From an uncultured Gemmatimonadales bacterium (lineage in GTDB: Bacteria > Gemmatimonadota > Gemmatimonadetes > Gemmatimonadales > Gemmatimonadaceae): a stretch of DNA of 64,000 nucleotides. A program made the position numbers and the translations under genes. Positions 11,047 through 22,461 of this stretch are shown one piece after another (the first letter of the stretch is position 1; the number at the start of each line of letters is the position of its first letter). The notes under the pieces are model-generated. The model worked only from the letters and a program-made list of their open reading frames with translations, had not been told where the DNA came from and ran no database searches. The stretch lies in assembly GCA_963793305.1 (NCBI GenBank), contig CAWBZV010000005.1, positions 320,001 through 384,000 of the forward strand. Direction: 5' to 3'.

Positions 11047-12141
11047 GTGCGTTGGCCAATCGGTGTCGCCATAGCGGGTGTTCTCAGCGGCCTCCCATGT
11101 CGGGCGGCCGCGCAATTTCTAACGACCATCGACGCGAACGTCGCGAACGCGACGTACGATGGCTACCTGACATCCGCCGTATACACGGTCGCCCCATCGG
11201 CGGTGTTCGCCGTCGGTCCCATCAGGGCCGGCGCCGACGGGGCGTACTCGGAGTTCGAGTCCGGTCACGGAAGCGGCATCGTCGGAGTGAACGCCCTCGG
11301 CGGCACCAAAATCTATGGGCCTCTGTCTTGGGAGCTCGGGACAGAAGGTACCGCCCTCTGGTATCGGTCCAACCCACCAGTGGTGAGTGGCGACATCGCG
11401 CCGCGACTCCGCTTCGATCGCGGCCTATTCAAGGCCTGGGTCGGCGGCGCATTTGGCAGCAGCGACAACGATAGCCTCCACGGCTCGTTCGTCGATCGCT
11501 TCGATGCGGGCCTGTCATACGCGTTGCCGCACGTGACGCCGGTATTCACGATCGCAACCACGCACGCCGGCCACGCGCAGTATACCGACGTGGATGCCGC
11601 GATCCAGAGCGAGCTCGGACGATTCAGCTTGATTGCCACTGGCGGACATCGCGCTGGCACATTGCTCGGCGGGAGCGCGAGTTGGCTGAGCGCCGAGTTG
11701 CACGTCACGCTCACCAACAACCTCTCATTCGTCTTCGCGGGCGGCTCGTATCCTGTCGATCTCGTGCGTGGAACGCCCGGCGCCCGCTTCATCTCCGCGG
11801 GCGTCCGGCTGTCCCGACTGTTCGCGGTGCGCAAGCCGTCAATGGGGACCGTTCGGTACAGCAACGGCTCGAATGACGTCCTGACGGACGCGCGCACGTT
11901 GCGCTTCACCGCGCAGGCGAACGCCCACGTCGAGCTCATGGCGGATTTCACGAACTGGCAGCCGGTACCAATGACCGAAGTGCGGCCGGGCCTCTTTCAG
12001 GTGACGCTGCCGGAGGCCATTCGCTCCGGGTCGCACCGCGTGAACATCAGGGTCGACAATGGCGACTGGAGCGTGCCGAACGAGTTGCCGCCCGTCGTCG
12101 ACGATTTTGGTGGAAAGGCGGGCGCGCTGGTCGTGCCCTAG
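11047..12141 (+). CDS. Putative outer-membrane beta-barrel protein with C-terminal CBM48/glycogen-binding domain
   Basis: Signal peptide; alternating amphipathic beta-strand pattern; C-terminal VELMADFTNWQP...HRVNIRVDNGDWSVP...DDFGG. Confidence 0.7.
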   Translation: MRWPIGVAIAGVLSGLPCRAAAQFLTTIDANVANATYDGYLTSAVYTVAPSAVFAVGPIRAGADGAYSEFESGHGSGIVGVNALGGTKIYGPLSWELGTEGTALWYRSNPPVVSGDIAPRLRFDRGLFKAWVGGAFGSSDNDSLHGSFVDRFDAGLSYALPHVTPVFTIATTHAGHAQYTDVDAAIQSELGRFSLIATGGHRAGTLLGGSASWLSAELHVTLTNNLSFVFAGGSYPVDLVRGTPGARFISAGVRLSRLFAVRKPSMGTVRYSNGSNDVLTDARTLRFTAQANAHVELMADFTNWQPVPMTEVRPGLFQVTLPEAIRSGSHRVNIRVDNGDWSVPNELPPVVDDFGGKAGALVVP

Positions 12142-12159
12142 CTCGGCGCAGCCGGGCTA
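12139..12159. repeat. GNA-triloop hairpin at a convergent gene junction, containing both stop codons
   Basis: TAGCTCGGC-GCA-GCCGGGCTA; resembles hairpin 1 of the in-frame repeat. Confidence 0.55.
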
Positions 12160-13762
12160 TTCCGTGTCGTCCGCGTCGTCGTTCCCCGAGATGACGCTGC
12201 CATCCGGTCCGACGATCTCCACCCCGACGCCGGCGATACTCGCGAGGAGCGCCGATTTCCGGCTCGCGCCCCACAGCTCCAGCCGCAAATCCCCCGCGCC
12301 CGGCTTCGGCACCGCGGTCAGCCGCATCGCGCGCCCCAGCCATCGCACCTTCACCCGATCGACCGCGCCGACGTGTCCGCGATCGAACCCGTCCGCGATG
12401 CGGAGCAGGGCCGAGAGCCGTTTGATGCGTTTTCTGAGGCCAGGATCGAGCTGCCCATAATTCTGGTGCTTCTTCTTCGGCTGCGCGCCGCGGTGATATC
12501 GCGCGACGTTCGCGATGGCCACTTGCTCCTCAGGAGATAACCCGAGCAAATCCGCGTGCAGGATCAGGTGATACGAGTGCTTGTGGTGATTGTGATAGTT
12601 GATGTGATATCCGACATCATGGAGCAGCGCCGCATCCGCCAGGATATCGCGATCGCCCGGCGAACACCCGATGCGATCCCCGATCGCGTCGAACAGTTGC
12701 AGCGCAATGCGCTGCACTTGCCGCGAGTGCGGTTCTTCATAGTGGCTCCGCTCGGCGAACTCGCGCACCGATCGCTCGCGGGCCTCGCCAGGATCGGCCA
12801 CGGTCGGCGCCACTCGCGCGGTCTCCAATAGCAGTCCCTCGCGAATCCCATACGCCGACACGTTGACTTCACGAGCTTCAACGCGCGCGAGTACTTCGGC
12901 CGAGACGGCGAGTCCCGCGACGATGATGTCGGCGCGAGCGGCATTCAATCCCGGGTACGGTTCGCCGCTCCTCGACGCTCATGTCTTGCAGGATGTCGAG
13001 GATGTGCTCGAGCTCGACGCGGGGCACGCGTGTGGCATGCACCGTTCTCGCCGTCTGGACTCCCTGACGAGCGAGATAAATGCCGGCGAGGTTCGTGAAC
13101 GTCCCGCCGGACCCGATCACCTGAGCCCCGCGCCAATCTCTGACTGGCAGATGCTCCTTCAGCGCCTCGCGCACCTCTTTCCGTAGGTCGCGAACGCCCC
13201 GCCGCGCGGGAACGCCGACGAGGTGCTCCTCGGTGAGCCGTATGGCGCCGAACGGAAGCGAGATGAGCCGGTCGAGCAAGCCGTCAGCGGAGAGAGCCAA
13301 TTCGAGCGAGCCACCGCCAATGTCCATGACAACCGCGCGTCCGACGCCGAGATCGAAGTGGGCGAGCGCGCTACGAAACGTGAGCCGCGCTTCTTCTTCG
13401 CCGACCAGCGCGCGAACCCGAAGACCGGTTTCGGCGCGAACGAGGTCCAAGAAGGCGGGTCCGTTGACCGCATCGCGAACCGCGGAAGTAGCGACGGCCT
13501 CGACGCGGCGGGCGCCCAGTTGGGCCGCAAGCGTGGACATGCGGCCCAGCGCGTCGAGCGCGTCGCGCATGGCGGTCTCGCTCAGCTCACCGGACGCGGT
13601 GAGGCCGGCACCAAGCCTGGGAGCGGCCTTGAGTTCGTCGACGATCCGGATCGACCCATTCGTCGACACATCGGCGACGATCTGTCGGATCGAATTCGAC
13701 CCGATATCGATCGCCGCGATGCGGCGCGTCTGATCGTCGCGGCCGTTCCCGGATCGCTCCAC
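12157..13762 (-). CDS. ppx: Ppx/GppA exopolyphosphatase with C-terminal HD domain (+1 frameshift near 12950)
   Basis: AAIDIGSNSIR, ATSAVRDA, DIGGGSLE, GSGGT, RADII, GIREG, LLHDVG. Confidence 0.92.
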
Positions 13763-14490
13763 TAGGCCTGGTTCGAGCCCGCGCCAGCGAGGCGTTCGCG
13801 CTCGTACTCCTCATAGCGATGCTTGATCTGCTTGCCCTCGGCCAGAAAGACGGCGTCCTCTCCGATGTTCGTCGCCAGGTCGGCCACCCGCTCCAGGTTG
13901 CGCCCGACCAGCAGCAGCTCCAGCGACGGATTGATCGTCCGGGCGTCGGCCATCATGTGCGTGAGGAGGATGCGGAACAGCGAGTTCATGAGCGCATCGA
14001 CCTGATCGTCGGACTTACATACCTCGCGCCCCAACAAGCCGTCCGCGCGGATAAACGCGTCGAGCGCGTCGGAGAGCATCTGGCGCGACCGCCGGGCCAT
14101 GTCCTCGATCTCGGGCTCTGGCGTGATCGTCGAGTGCATCGCCACCAGGCGCAGCGAGCACTGGGCGATGTTGACGGCGTGATCGCCGACCCGTTCCAGG
14201 TCGCTGGAGATCTTGATCGCGCTCACGATGAACCGGAGGTCGCGGGCCATCGGCTGCTGGAGCGCCAGCAGCGAAACCGCCAGTTGCTCGATCTCGACCT
14301 CCAACACATCGAGCTCGCGGTCGCCCGCGATCACGGCATCGGCGCGGTCCTTGTCCTGCTTGAGCAACGCATCGACGGCCAGATCGACCAGGCCTTCCGC
14401 GCGTTCGGACATCGTCATGAGACGGTCCTTCAGCGTGTCCAGCTGCTCGTGGAAATGCCGGAATCCGGATTGCGCTTCAGGTAGGGTCAT
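13762..14490 (-). CDS. phoU: Phosphate signalling protein PhoU
   Basis: [42 protein letters not shown] at 14490 overlaps pstB stop. Confidence 0.95.
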   Translation of the reverse strand: MTLPEAQSGFRHFHEQLDTLKDRLMTMSERAEGLVDLAVDALLKQDKDRADAVIAGDRELDVLEVEIEQLAVSLLALQQPMARDLRFIVSAIKISSDLERVGDHAVNIAQCSLRLVAMHSTITPEPEIEDMARRSRQMLSDALDAFIRADGLLGREVCKSDDQVDALMNSLFRILLTHMMADARTINPSLELLLVGRNLERVADLATNIGEDAVFLAEGKQIKHRYEEYERERLAGAGSNQA

Positions 14491-15263
14491 CCGAATCTCC
14501 CGGTGATGTAGGCGTTCGTCCGCTCCTCGCGGGGCGACGTGAAGATCTGCGCGGTCGCGCCGACCTCGATGATCCGGCCCAGATAGAAGAACGCGGTGAA
14601 ATCGGACACCCGCGCGGCCTGTTGGAGGTTGTGGGTCACGATGACGATCGTCAACTCCCGTCTCAGCTCGTACAGCAACTCCTCGATCTTTTGCGTGGCG
14701 ATCGGGTCGAGCGCGCTCGCCGGCTCGTCGAGCAGCAAGACTTCCGGCTGGTTCGCCAACGTCCGGGCGACGCAGAGCCGCTGTTGCTGTCCCCCGGACA
14801 GTCCGAGGGCACTCTCCCGAAGCCGGTCTTTGACCTCGTCCCAGAGGGCGGCCTTTCGGAGCGCATTCTCGACCAGCGCGTCCAGCTCCTCGCGCGTGTT
14901 CGTGGCGTTGTTCAGCCGTGGGCCGTAGGCGATGTTGTCGTAGATCGACTTGGGAAACGGGTTCCAGCGCTGGAAGACCATTCCGACGCGCTGCCGGAGC
15001 GTCGTGACGTCCTGGGCCGCCGCGTAGATGTCGTCGCCGTCGAGCACCATCCCGCCGGTATGCCGCACGTGGGGAATGGTGTCGTTCATGCGATTGATCG
15101 ATCGCAGAAACGTCGACTTCCCGCAACCCGACGGACCAATGAGCGCCGTAATGGCCCGGGGCGGCATGTCGAGATCAATGTCATACAGCGCCTGTTTCTT
15201 CCCGTACCAGAAGCTGTACTTCTGGGCGGCGATATGACCCGTAGTAGGTGGCGCGGCGGTCAT
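14487..15263 (-). CDS. pstB: Phosphate ABC transporter ATP-binding protein PstB (copy 2)
   Basis: [37 protein letters not shown]. Confidence 0.95.
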   Translation of the reverse strand: MTAAPPTTGHIAAQKYSFWYGKKQALYDIDLDMPPRAITALIGPSGCGKSTFLRSINRMNDTIPHVRHTGGMVLDGDDIYAAAQDVTTLRQRVGMVFQRWNPFPKSIYDNIAYGPRLNNATNTREELDALVENALRKAALWDEVKDRLRESALGLSGGQQQRLCVARTLANQPEVLLLDEPASALDPIATQKIEELLYELRRELTIVIVTHNLQQAARVSDFTAFFYLGRIIEVGATAQIFTSPREERTNAYITGRFG

Positions 15264-16134
15264 CCGAATCGCCCGGTGATGTACGCCTCGGTGCGGTGAT
15301 CGGTCGGATTCGTGAACAATTTCCCCGTCGGCGGCATACTCGACCAGCTCGCCCGAGAGCATGAACGCCGTCTTGTCGGACACCCGGGCCGCCTGCTGCA
15401 TGTTGTGCGTGACGATGACGACCGTCATGTCGCCGCGCAGCTCATAGACCAGCTCCTCGACTTTCTGCGTGCTGATCGGGTCGAGCGACGCGGTCGGCTC
15501 GTCGAGGAGCAGGACGTCGGGCTCCGTGGCGAGCGCGCGGGCGATGCAGAGGCGCTGTTGCTGGCCGCCCGAGAGGCCCGTCGCGGGGTCCTTGAGGCGA
15601 TCTTTGACCTCGTCCCACAGCGCCGCGCGCTTGAGGGCTTTCTCGACAATCTCGTCGGTCTTGTGATGGCTGTGCTTCATCTTTTTGACGCGCAGCCCGG
15701 CCGAGACATTGTCCTTGATGGACATGGTGGGGAAGGGAGTCGGCCGCTGGAACACCATGCCGATCTTCTTCCGGACTTCGATGGGATTGACGCCCCGGCC
15801 GTAGATATCCTGGCCGTCGAGCGCCACCGCTCCCTTGACCCGACCGGTCGGCACCGTCTCGTGCATGCGATTGAGGCACCGGAGCAATGTCGACTTGCCG
15901 GAGCCCGACGCGCCGATGATCGCCGTCACCAGTTTTTCCTGGACGTTCATGGACACGCCGCGCACCGCCTCGGACGATCCGAAAGAACGCGGACAGCTGG
16001 TCCACCGCCAGCGCGGTCCGCCCCGCCTTCGCGGCGGCGTCGGCGGCCGCCGAAGACGGCCGGGGCGCGATGGCGGCAGCGGTGACCGAGGCTGCGGCCT
16101 TGGTCGCCGCTTCCCGATTCGCGGGGCTAGTCAC
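15260..16134 (-). CDS. pstB: Phosphate ABC transporter ATP-binding protein PstB (copy 1; +1 frameshifts near 15982 and 15330)
   Basis: [30 protein letters not shown]; corrected frame ends [13 protein letters not shown] overlapping copy 2 ATG. Confidence 0.88.
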
Positions 16135-17035
16135 CACCGGTGCCCGTGAACTGCCCGCGGGTAGCGTATCGGGCGATGAGGCTGATGACGAAGATGAGAA
16201 CGATGAGGACGAGGCCACCGGCCCAGGCTTGGGCGTGTTGGTCGTCGTAGGGACTTGTGCCATAATAGAAGATCTGCAAAGGAAGAGCGGCGATCGGCTG
16301 ATTGAGCGACGTCGAGAAGAACGAGTTGCCGAGCGCCGTGAACAACAGCGGAGCGGTTTCGCCGGCAATGCGGGCGATCGCGACCAGCGCCCCGGTGACG
16401 ATGCCGGCGCTTGCCGTGCGGAGCACGATCGTGAGCGACGTCCGCCAGCGGGCGTACCCGAGCGCCAGCGCCGCCTCGCGAAGCGAGACCGGAACAATGC
16501 TCACCATTTCCTCGGTCGTTCGCGCGACCATTGGGATCATCATGGCGCCGAGGGCCACGCCGCCGGCCCACGCCGAGAAATGGTGGACCGGTCGCACGAG
16601 GAACTGCCACGCGAAGATGCCCATGACGATCGACGGCAGTCCGTTGAGCACATCGGAGAGAAACCGGACGGTGTTGGCGAGCTTGGTGCCCCGATGCTCG
16701 GCCAGGTACAGCCCGGCGCCGATGCCGATCGGCAGCCCGAGAAGACTCGCCAGCGCGATCAGGATCAGCGTCCCGACGATCGCGTTCGCCATCCCGCCGC
16801 CCGGTTCACCCTCGGGCTTGGGCATGTTGGTGAAGAAATGCAATTGGATCGAGCTCGCGCCGTACTTGATCAGGTAGGCGGTGATCACGATCAGCGGAAT
16901 CGTCGCCAGGACCGCGGCGCCGATGATGAGACCCACCATCACGCCGTTCACGGCTTTGCGCCGTCTCAGCGACTGCACGGCCTTTGCCGTGAATTGCTTC
17001 TGGGCCGTACTGGGCCGAAGCTCGGGTTGTGTCAT
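16127..17035 (-). CDS. pstA: Phosphate ABC transporter permease PstA
   Basis: [40 protein letters not shown]. Confidence 0.95.
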   Translation of the reverse strand: MTQPELRPSTAQKQFTAKAVQSLRRRKAVNGVMVGLIIGAAVLATIPLIVITAYLIKYGASSIQLHFFTNMPKPEGEPGGGMANAIVGTLILIALASLLGLPIGIGAGLYLAEHRGTKLANTVRFLSDVLNGLPSIVMGIFAWQFLVRPVHHFSAWAGGVALGAMMIPMVARTTEEMVSIVPVSLREAALALGYARWRTSLTIVLRTASAGIVTGALVAIARIAGETAPLLFTALGNSFFSTSLNQPIAALPLQIFYYGTSPYDDQHAQAWAGGLVLIVLIFVISLIARYATRGQFTGTGGD

Positions 17036-18049
17036 CCCTTGCTCCCGGTCCGAGAGACTTCCCACACGAGCCAGCGCGCGATCGCGTTGACGATCACGGT
17101 GATCACGAACAGCACGAATCCGACGGCCATCAGCGCGGACAGATGCAGGTCGCCCGACGCCTCGCTGAATTCGTTGGCGATGAGCGACGCCATCGTATAC
17201 GCGGGCGCGAACAACGACGCCGAGATCTCCGCGCGGTTGCCGATGACCATCGTCACGGCCATCGTCTCCCCGAGGGCGCGGCCCAGAGCCCAAGATGACG
17301 CCGCCGATGATGCCCGACTTCGCGTAGGGCAGCAGCGCGCCTCGGATCATCTCCCATTTCGTGGCGCCGAGCGCCAGCGCCGCTTCGCGTTGCGACCGCG
17401 GCACGGCCAGCAGGACCTCGCGCGAGACCGACGCGATGTACGGCAGCACCATGATCGCCAGGATCATTCCGGCCGCCAGCATGCTGTAGCCGTAATTGGG
17501 CCCGCTGAAGAGCGGAATGACGCTCAGGTGCAGCGTATCGCGCAGGAACGGGATCAGCGCCGTCCTGAGCAGCGGGATGAGGACGAAGATCCCCCATACG
17601 CCGTAGACCACACTCGGAATCGCCGCCAGGAGATCAACGAAGAACGCCACGGGTTGTCGAAGCCACGGTGGCGCGAACTCCGAGAGAAATACCGATACAC
17701 CGATGGCGAGCGGGGTGGCGATCAGGAGAGCGATCGCGGACGAGACCAGGGTCCCGTAGATCGCTGGCGCGGCGCCGAATTTTCCGTTGACCGGGTCCCA
17801 CGAGCTGGACGTGAGGAAGGAGAGCCCGAAGCGGTGCAGCGCCGGCCAGCCGGCGATAAAGATCGAGACCGCAATGAGAACGAGGAGGACGGGAACACAC
17901 ACGGCGAAAACCCAGATGACGCCGGAGTAGATCCGATCGCCAAGCGCCGATCCTTCGATTCCCTCGAACCCGTCGCCGCCCGATGGTGTCGCTTGCGCGC
18001 CGCCGGTCGTAATCGGCACGGCCGGCGGCGTTGCTACCACGTCACTCAC
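17032..18049 (-). CDS. pstC: Phosphate ABC transporter permease PstC (+1 frameshift near 17288)
   Basis: [41 protein letters not shown] and TMASLIANEF in the shifted frame. Confidence 0.92.
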
Positions 18050-19140
18050 GTGCCACTCGCACCGACCTTGATGGAGTCGAGGCGGGCGACGAGGCGGGTG
18101 TCGAGTGATTGCGGCAGCGGCGCGTAGTCGAGCGGTGCCGCCTCCTTCTCCCCATCAGTCAGTGCCCAGCGCAGGAAGTCCACCAATTTCTTTCCCTTGG
18201 TCGGATCCACGAGGGTCTTGTCGATCAGCAGATACGTGAATGATGAGATTGGGTATGCCGTCGCGCCCGGGCCGTTGACGATCGATACGCGGTAGTCCGT
18301 GTTCGGCGGAAACTTGGCCGCTGCAGCGTCGGCCGCCGCCGTCACCGATTCCACCGACGGAGCAATGAACTGGCCGCTGGCATTCTTGATTGACGCGGCG
18401 GGTAGGTTGTTTTGCTTGGCGTATACGAGCTCGATATACCCGATCGCGCCCGGTGTCTGCTTGATCTGGCCCGCGACGCCCTCGTTGCCTTTGCCGCCAA
18501 TGCCAACGGGCCACTGAACCTCTTTCCCCTTGCCGGGTGCCTTGGCCCAATCGGCATTCACGGAGGAGAGGTAGTCCGTGAAGATATACGTCGTGCCGCT
18601 GCCGTCCGAGCGGTGCACGACGAGAATGTCGGTGCCGGGCAGCTTGACGCCGCTATTGAGCGCGGCGATCGTTTTGTCGTTCCACTTGGTGATTTTGCCC
18701 GAGAAGATCTGGGCTATCGCATCGCCAGTGAGCTGGAGCGGTTGCGTGACCTCGGGGACGTTGTAGGTCAGGACGACGGCGCCGAGCACAGTGGGAAAGT
18801 GGAAGACCGGGGTCTTGAGCTTTGACATCTCGTCGTCGCTCATCGGCGCGTCGGAGGCGCCGAAATCGACGGTCCCTTCGGTGAGTTGCCGGATGCCGCC
18901 GCCGGACCCGATCGACTGGTAGTTGATCTTCACACCGGACTTTGTCGCATAGTCGGCGAACCATTTCGAGTACAGCGGATACGGGAAGGTCGCGCCGGCG
19001 CCGGTCAGATCAGCACCGCTCGATGCGACGGCCCCGTTGGCGGCCGAGGTCGAATCTTTGGTGGCAGACGCGGATTTATCACCGCCGGCGCACGCCACAA
19101 CTGCCAAGGCGCCGAGAACCCAACAGCAACGCATGTACAT
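18046..19140 (-). CDS. pstS: Phosphate-binding protein PstS, lipoprotein form
   Basis: Lipobox-like VVAC; LTGAGATFPYPLY, YQSIGSGGG, HRSDGSGTT, YPISSFTY. Confidence 0.97.
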   Translation of the reverse strand: MYMRCCWVLGALAVVACAGGDKSASATKDSTSAANGAVASSGADLTGAGATFPYPLYSKWFADYATKSGVKINYQSIGSGGGIRQLTEGTVDFGASDAPMSDDEMSKLKTPVFHFPTVLGAVVLTYNVPEVTQPLQLTGDAIAQIFSGKITKWNDKTIAALNSGVKLPGTDILVVHRSDGSGTTYIFTDYLSSVNADWAKAPGKGKEVQWPVGIGGKGNEGVAGQIKQTPGAIGYIELVYAKQNNLPAASIKNASGQFIAPSVESVTAAADAAAAKFPPNTDYRVSIVNGPGATAYPISSFTYLLIDKTLVDPTKGKKLVDFLRWALTDGEKEAAPLDYAPLPQSLDTRLVARLDSIKVGASGT

Positions 19141-19163
19141 GTCGCTCCTCTAACGTGTGCCGC

Positions 19164-19229
19164 AAGTTAGACCGCGCTCCAGAGGGGTACGACAAACCGC
19201 CTTGTAACGCCCTGTAACGACAGGGTCAC
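19164..19229 (-). promoter_or_regulatory. Putative PHO-box-like repeats and -10 element upstream of pstS1
   Basis: Plus strand GTAAC (19204), GTAAC (19214), GTCAC (19225) at 10-11 bp period; minus strand TAACTT at 19164-19169. Confidence 0.5.
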
Positions 19230-19414
19230 GTGGGACCGGAACCTGTTGTCAGGCGCGAGCGTGACGGCAGGGGCACGTATTCCAATGCGGCCTCGTAACG
19301 TAACGATCATCGATTGTAAAATGCCCGCGTTCGCTATTGTGCCGGCTTCCGAAGACCTGTTGGTTGGGCGCTGGTTTCTCGTGTTGCATCCACTGATCAG
19401 AAGAGGAGTGCCCA

Positions 19415-20884
19415 ATGCATCGATCGAACGCACGCGCGCGAGTCCGCCGACGCGTGCGCCCGTCCTCGGTGGCCTGGCTGTTAGCAGTTACGCTCGCCGC
19501 GCCCATCTCCGCTCGGGCGCAGGACATGACCGATACCACGTTCAAGCTCCGGTATAAGGGCGTCACGATCACCCCGGTGGCGTTTTTCGCGGGTGAAGCC
19601 GTGTGGCGCGAACGGAATGAAACGGCTGATATCGGTTCAAACTTCAACGCGATCCCGTTCACGCACTCGACCAACGCCCAGTTGAGCGAGTTCCGTGGCT
19701 CGGGTCGCCAGTCCCGCATCGGCCTCGGCGTCGAAGGAAAGCCCAGCAGCGATCTCAAAGTCCAAGGCTACTGGGAGTCAGACTTCCTGACGGTCGGAAC
19801 CACCTCAAACTCCAACGAGAGCAACAGCTACGCGCTACGTGTTCGTCAGATCTGGGGTGGTGCGACGTACGACCACTCCTCGTTCTTCGCCGGCCAGATG
19901 TGGTCGCTCATGACCCCGATGAAGAACGGCGCCGCACCACGCGGTGAGGCAGTACCGCTTACGATCGACGCCCAGTATAACGTGGGCTTCAACTGGGCCC
20001 GCCAATGGGGCGTCCGGTTCGTTCAGGACTTCAACCATAAGGCCGCATTCGCCATCGGCGCCGAAGAGTCGCAGATGACGACCGGCGGCCACGGTATCCC
20101 GGCCGACGTGTTCATCGGCAACACGGGAGGCAGTCTGCTCAACTCGACCGCCACCTACTCGACCAATGTTGCCCCCAATGTCGTCGCAAAACTCTCTTTC
20201 GACCCAGGCCCGGTGCACATTGAGATCAAGGGCATCGGCCGCTTCTTCCGTGATCGCATCGTCGATACGACCGGGGCCGCGCCGCCGCCGGTCGGAAATA
20301 TCATTCGCGTCGCGGGCGGCGTCGGCGCCGGCATCTGGTTGCCCTTCATGTACGAGAAACGTGACGTCCTCGACGTCGGCGTCTCGGGTCTCTGGGGCAA
20401 CGGCATCGGCCGCTATGGCACGGGTGGTTTGGCCGACGCGACCACGCGCGCGGACGGCACGATCGTTCCGATCCGGAACGCGCAAGGCCTCGTCTCGATC
20501 GAGGCGCACCCGACGAAGAAGCTCGACATCTACTTGTACGGCGGCAGCGAGTACGAGTATCGCATGGTGACGTACACGGGCGCTGGCAAGGCCGTCGGTT
20601 ATGGCGCGCCGACCGCCGTCAACTCGGGCTGCGACAAAGAGTATCCGCCGGTGAGCACCACGTCCGTGGGCGTGCCAGGCGCTTTGTGCACGGGCGACAC
20701 GCGCGACCTGTGGGAAGGCACGGCTGGCTTCTGGTACAGCTTCTATCGCGGTGCGTACGGCCGCTTCACCTGGGGCCTCGAGTATCACTACGTGAGCAAG
20801 AACACGTGGGCCGGCGCGAACGGCATTCAGCCGCAGGCGATCGACCCCATGTTCTATACGTCGTTCCGCTACTACATCCCGTGA
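19415..20884 (+). CDS. Outer-membrane porin-like beta-barrel, divergent from pstS (possible phosphate channel)
   Basis: Signal peptide ending ARAQ; RQSRIG, YWESDF, LRVRQIW, C-terminal SFRYYIP. Confidence 0.75.
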   Translation: MHRSNARARVRRRVRPSSVAWLLAVTLAAPISARAQDMTDTTFKLRYKGVTITPVAFFAGEAVWRERNETADIGSNFNAIPFTHSTNAQLSEFRGSGRQSRIGLGVEGKPSSDLKVQGYWESDFLTVGTTSNSNESNSYALRVRQIWGGATYDHSSFFAGQMWSLMTPMKNGAAPRGEAVPLTIDAQYNVGFNWARQWGVRFVQDFNHKAAFAIGAEESQMTTGGHGIPADVFIGNTGGSLLNSTATYSTNVAPNVVAKLSFDPGPVHIEIKGIGRFFRDRIVDTTGAAPPPVGNIIRVAGGVGAGIWLPFMYEKRDVLDVGVSGLWGNGIGRYGTGGLADATTRADGTIVPIRNAQGLVSIEAHPTKKLDIYLYGGSEYEYRMVTYTGAGKAVGYGAPTAVNSGCDKEYPPVSTTSVGVPGALCTGDTRDLWEGTAGFWYSFYRGAYGRFTWGLEYHYVSKNTWAGANGIQPQAIDPMFYTSFRYYIP

Positions 20885-20906
20885 TCGCTGGCTCCGTAAT
20901 CGGCGC

Positions 20907-22424
20907 TCAGAAGGCGAATCGAGCGCCGATTACGGGAGCCGTGTTGTCTTTGTGGTAATAGGGCACGCCAGGACCGTGAGGAATGGCGATGGCCAGACCG
21001 CCGCTCACCTCGGACCACTCGATTCCGGCATACAGGTCGACACGCTTGGTCAAGCGATGATCGGCGTAGAATGACAGCTCGTTGAGAGTACCCGCGCAGG
21101 ACGCGCGGAAGCCGATGGTGGGGTCGGACGAGCAGGTCGACGGACCACGACGAAAGTCGTTCTGCAGCTGATTGTAGTAGGACAGCGTGAAGTCGGTCTT
21201 GCTGTCGTACGTATACTTCGCGCCCGTCCACCAGATATTCACGATCTTGGGCGAATCGAGATTGTTGTCTTCGACGCCGCTCAACAGATACCCGCCCTGG
21301 ACCGAGGCGCCAACGCCCAACGGGTTCGCGGGGTTGGTCTGCCAGATATACTCGTAGCCGCCGAAGATCTTGAATTGGGCCGACGCATATTTGGCGGCGA
21401 CCATCACGGCGGTGTTGTCGGTGATGATGCCGTACACGGTGTTGGCCGGGTCAATCAGATTGGTGCCGCCCGTGATGGGGTTGGTATTGATGCTGTTGGT
21501 CGTCGACTGATATGACCCCTTCACCGCCTGAGGCCCCAGCAAGGGATTGAGTATGCTGATCGCCTGGTTGTAGTGTTGCCAGACGACGTCGGCGGAGAAC
21601 CCACTGTACGTTCCACCGAGGTCGAATCCATACGCGGTGTTGTGCGGCTGTTCCGGCGTGCAGTTGCCCGCGGTCCAGTCTGTCGAGTCAGAGAAGCAAC
21701 CCCCAGTACCGTCGGCGAATTTGAACATCGCGCCGAAATGCACCGGACCATAGGCGAGCCGATATTTCAGGGCGTTGTCCCAGCGCGCATCCTGCGTGTC
21801 GCCGCCGCCGGCCATCGTGCCGTTATACCCGATGTATGAAAAGGCATAGCCGCCGCCGGCCGGATCGTACTGGAGCATCGCATCGGTACCCAGCGCGCGC
21901 TGACGACCAAACGTCAACGTGCCGAAATGCGTCGAGCCGATACCGCCGTAGAATTCGTCATTGAAGGTTTGACCCTCGCGCGAGCCGTCGATGGTAGCCG
22001 TATAGCTGCCCCGGGGAAGGCCGCCTTGGGTGGCCATGGTGGCTGGCGCACTGGCGAACTGGCCTGACTGCGGATTGATGCCGGTCGAAAGGTTGAACAC
22101 AGCGAACCAATCGTGCAGGAACTCTTCCCGGCCCCTCAAGCCCAGACCCGTCTGCTGCAGGTTGTTCGGTGCAATGAGCCATTGGGGGTGATTGCCGTTC
22201 CGGTTCACCAGTGCTTCGCCTTCATAGTTGTAGCCGTTCTCTGGTAAGCCGTGGCTGACCCAGCCCACACCGACGTCATACGCGCCGTACAGGGTGATGC
22301 CGTGCCAGGTCAGTGGACAATCGCTGGCGAAGAACTGCTGAACACTCTGGCAAGCTGCCGAGGCCTGCGCCTGCGCGCGAACACTACACAGGATGCCGAC
22401 CGCTACAACGACAATTTTCCTCAA
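20907..22424 (-). CDS. Gram-negative porin family protein
   Basis: TTG start after GGAGGG RBS; GITLYGAYDVG, GLRGREE, FGTLTFGRQ, C-terminal GARFAF. Confidence 0.85.
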   Translation of the reverse strand: MRKIVVVAVGILCSVRAQAQASAACQSVQQFFASDCPLTWHGITLYGAYDVGVGWVSHGLPENGYNYEGEALVNRNGNHPQWLIAPNNLQQTGLGLRGREEFLHDWFAVFNLSTGINPQSGQFASAPATMATQGGLPRGSYTATIDGSREGQTFNDEFYGGIGSTHFGTLTFGRQRALGTDAMLQYDPAGGGYAFSYIGYNGTMAGGGDTQDARWDNALKYRLAYGPVHFGAMFKFADGTGGCFSDSTDWTAGNCTPEQPHNTAYGFDLGGTYSGFSADVVWQHYNQAISILNPLLGPQAVKGSYQSTTNSINTNPITGGTNLIDPANTVYGIITDNTAVMVAAKYASAQFKIFGGYEYIWQTNPANPLGVGASVQGGYLLSGVEDNNLDSPKIVNIWWTGAKYTYDSKTDFTLSYYNQLQNDFRRGPSTCSSDPTIGFRASCAGTLNELSFYADHRLTKRVDLYAGIEWSEVSGGLAIAIPHGPGVPYYHKDNTAPVIGARFAF

Positions 22425-22461
22425 CGTTCCCTCCGAGGTGCCTTGTTGGGAACGTAAGGTA

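Noticed and set aside
14487..18049. Apparent PstB-PstB and PstC-PstA fusion ORFs in the ORF track
   Set aside because: Artefacts of the frameshifts; the native stops with ATGA overlaps are visible at 15260-15263 and 17032-17035.
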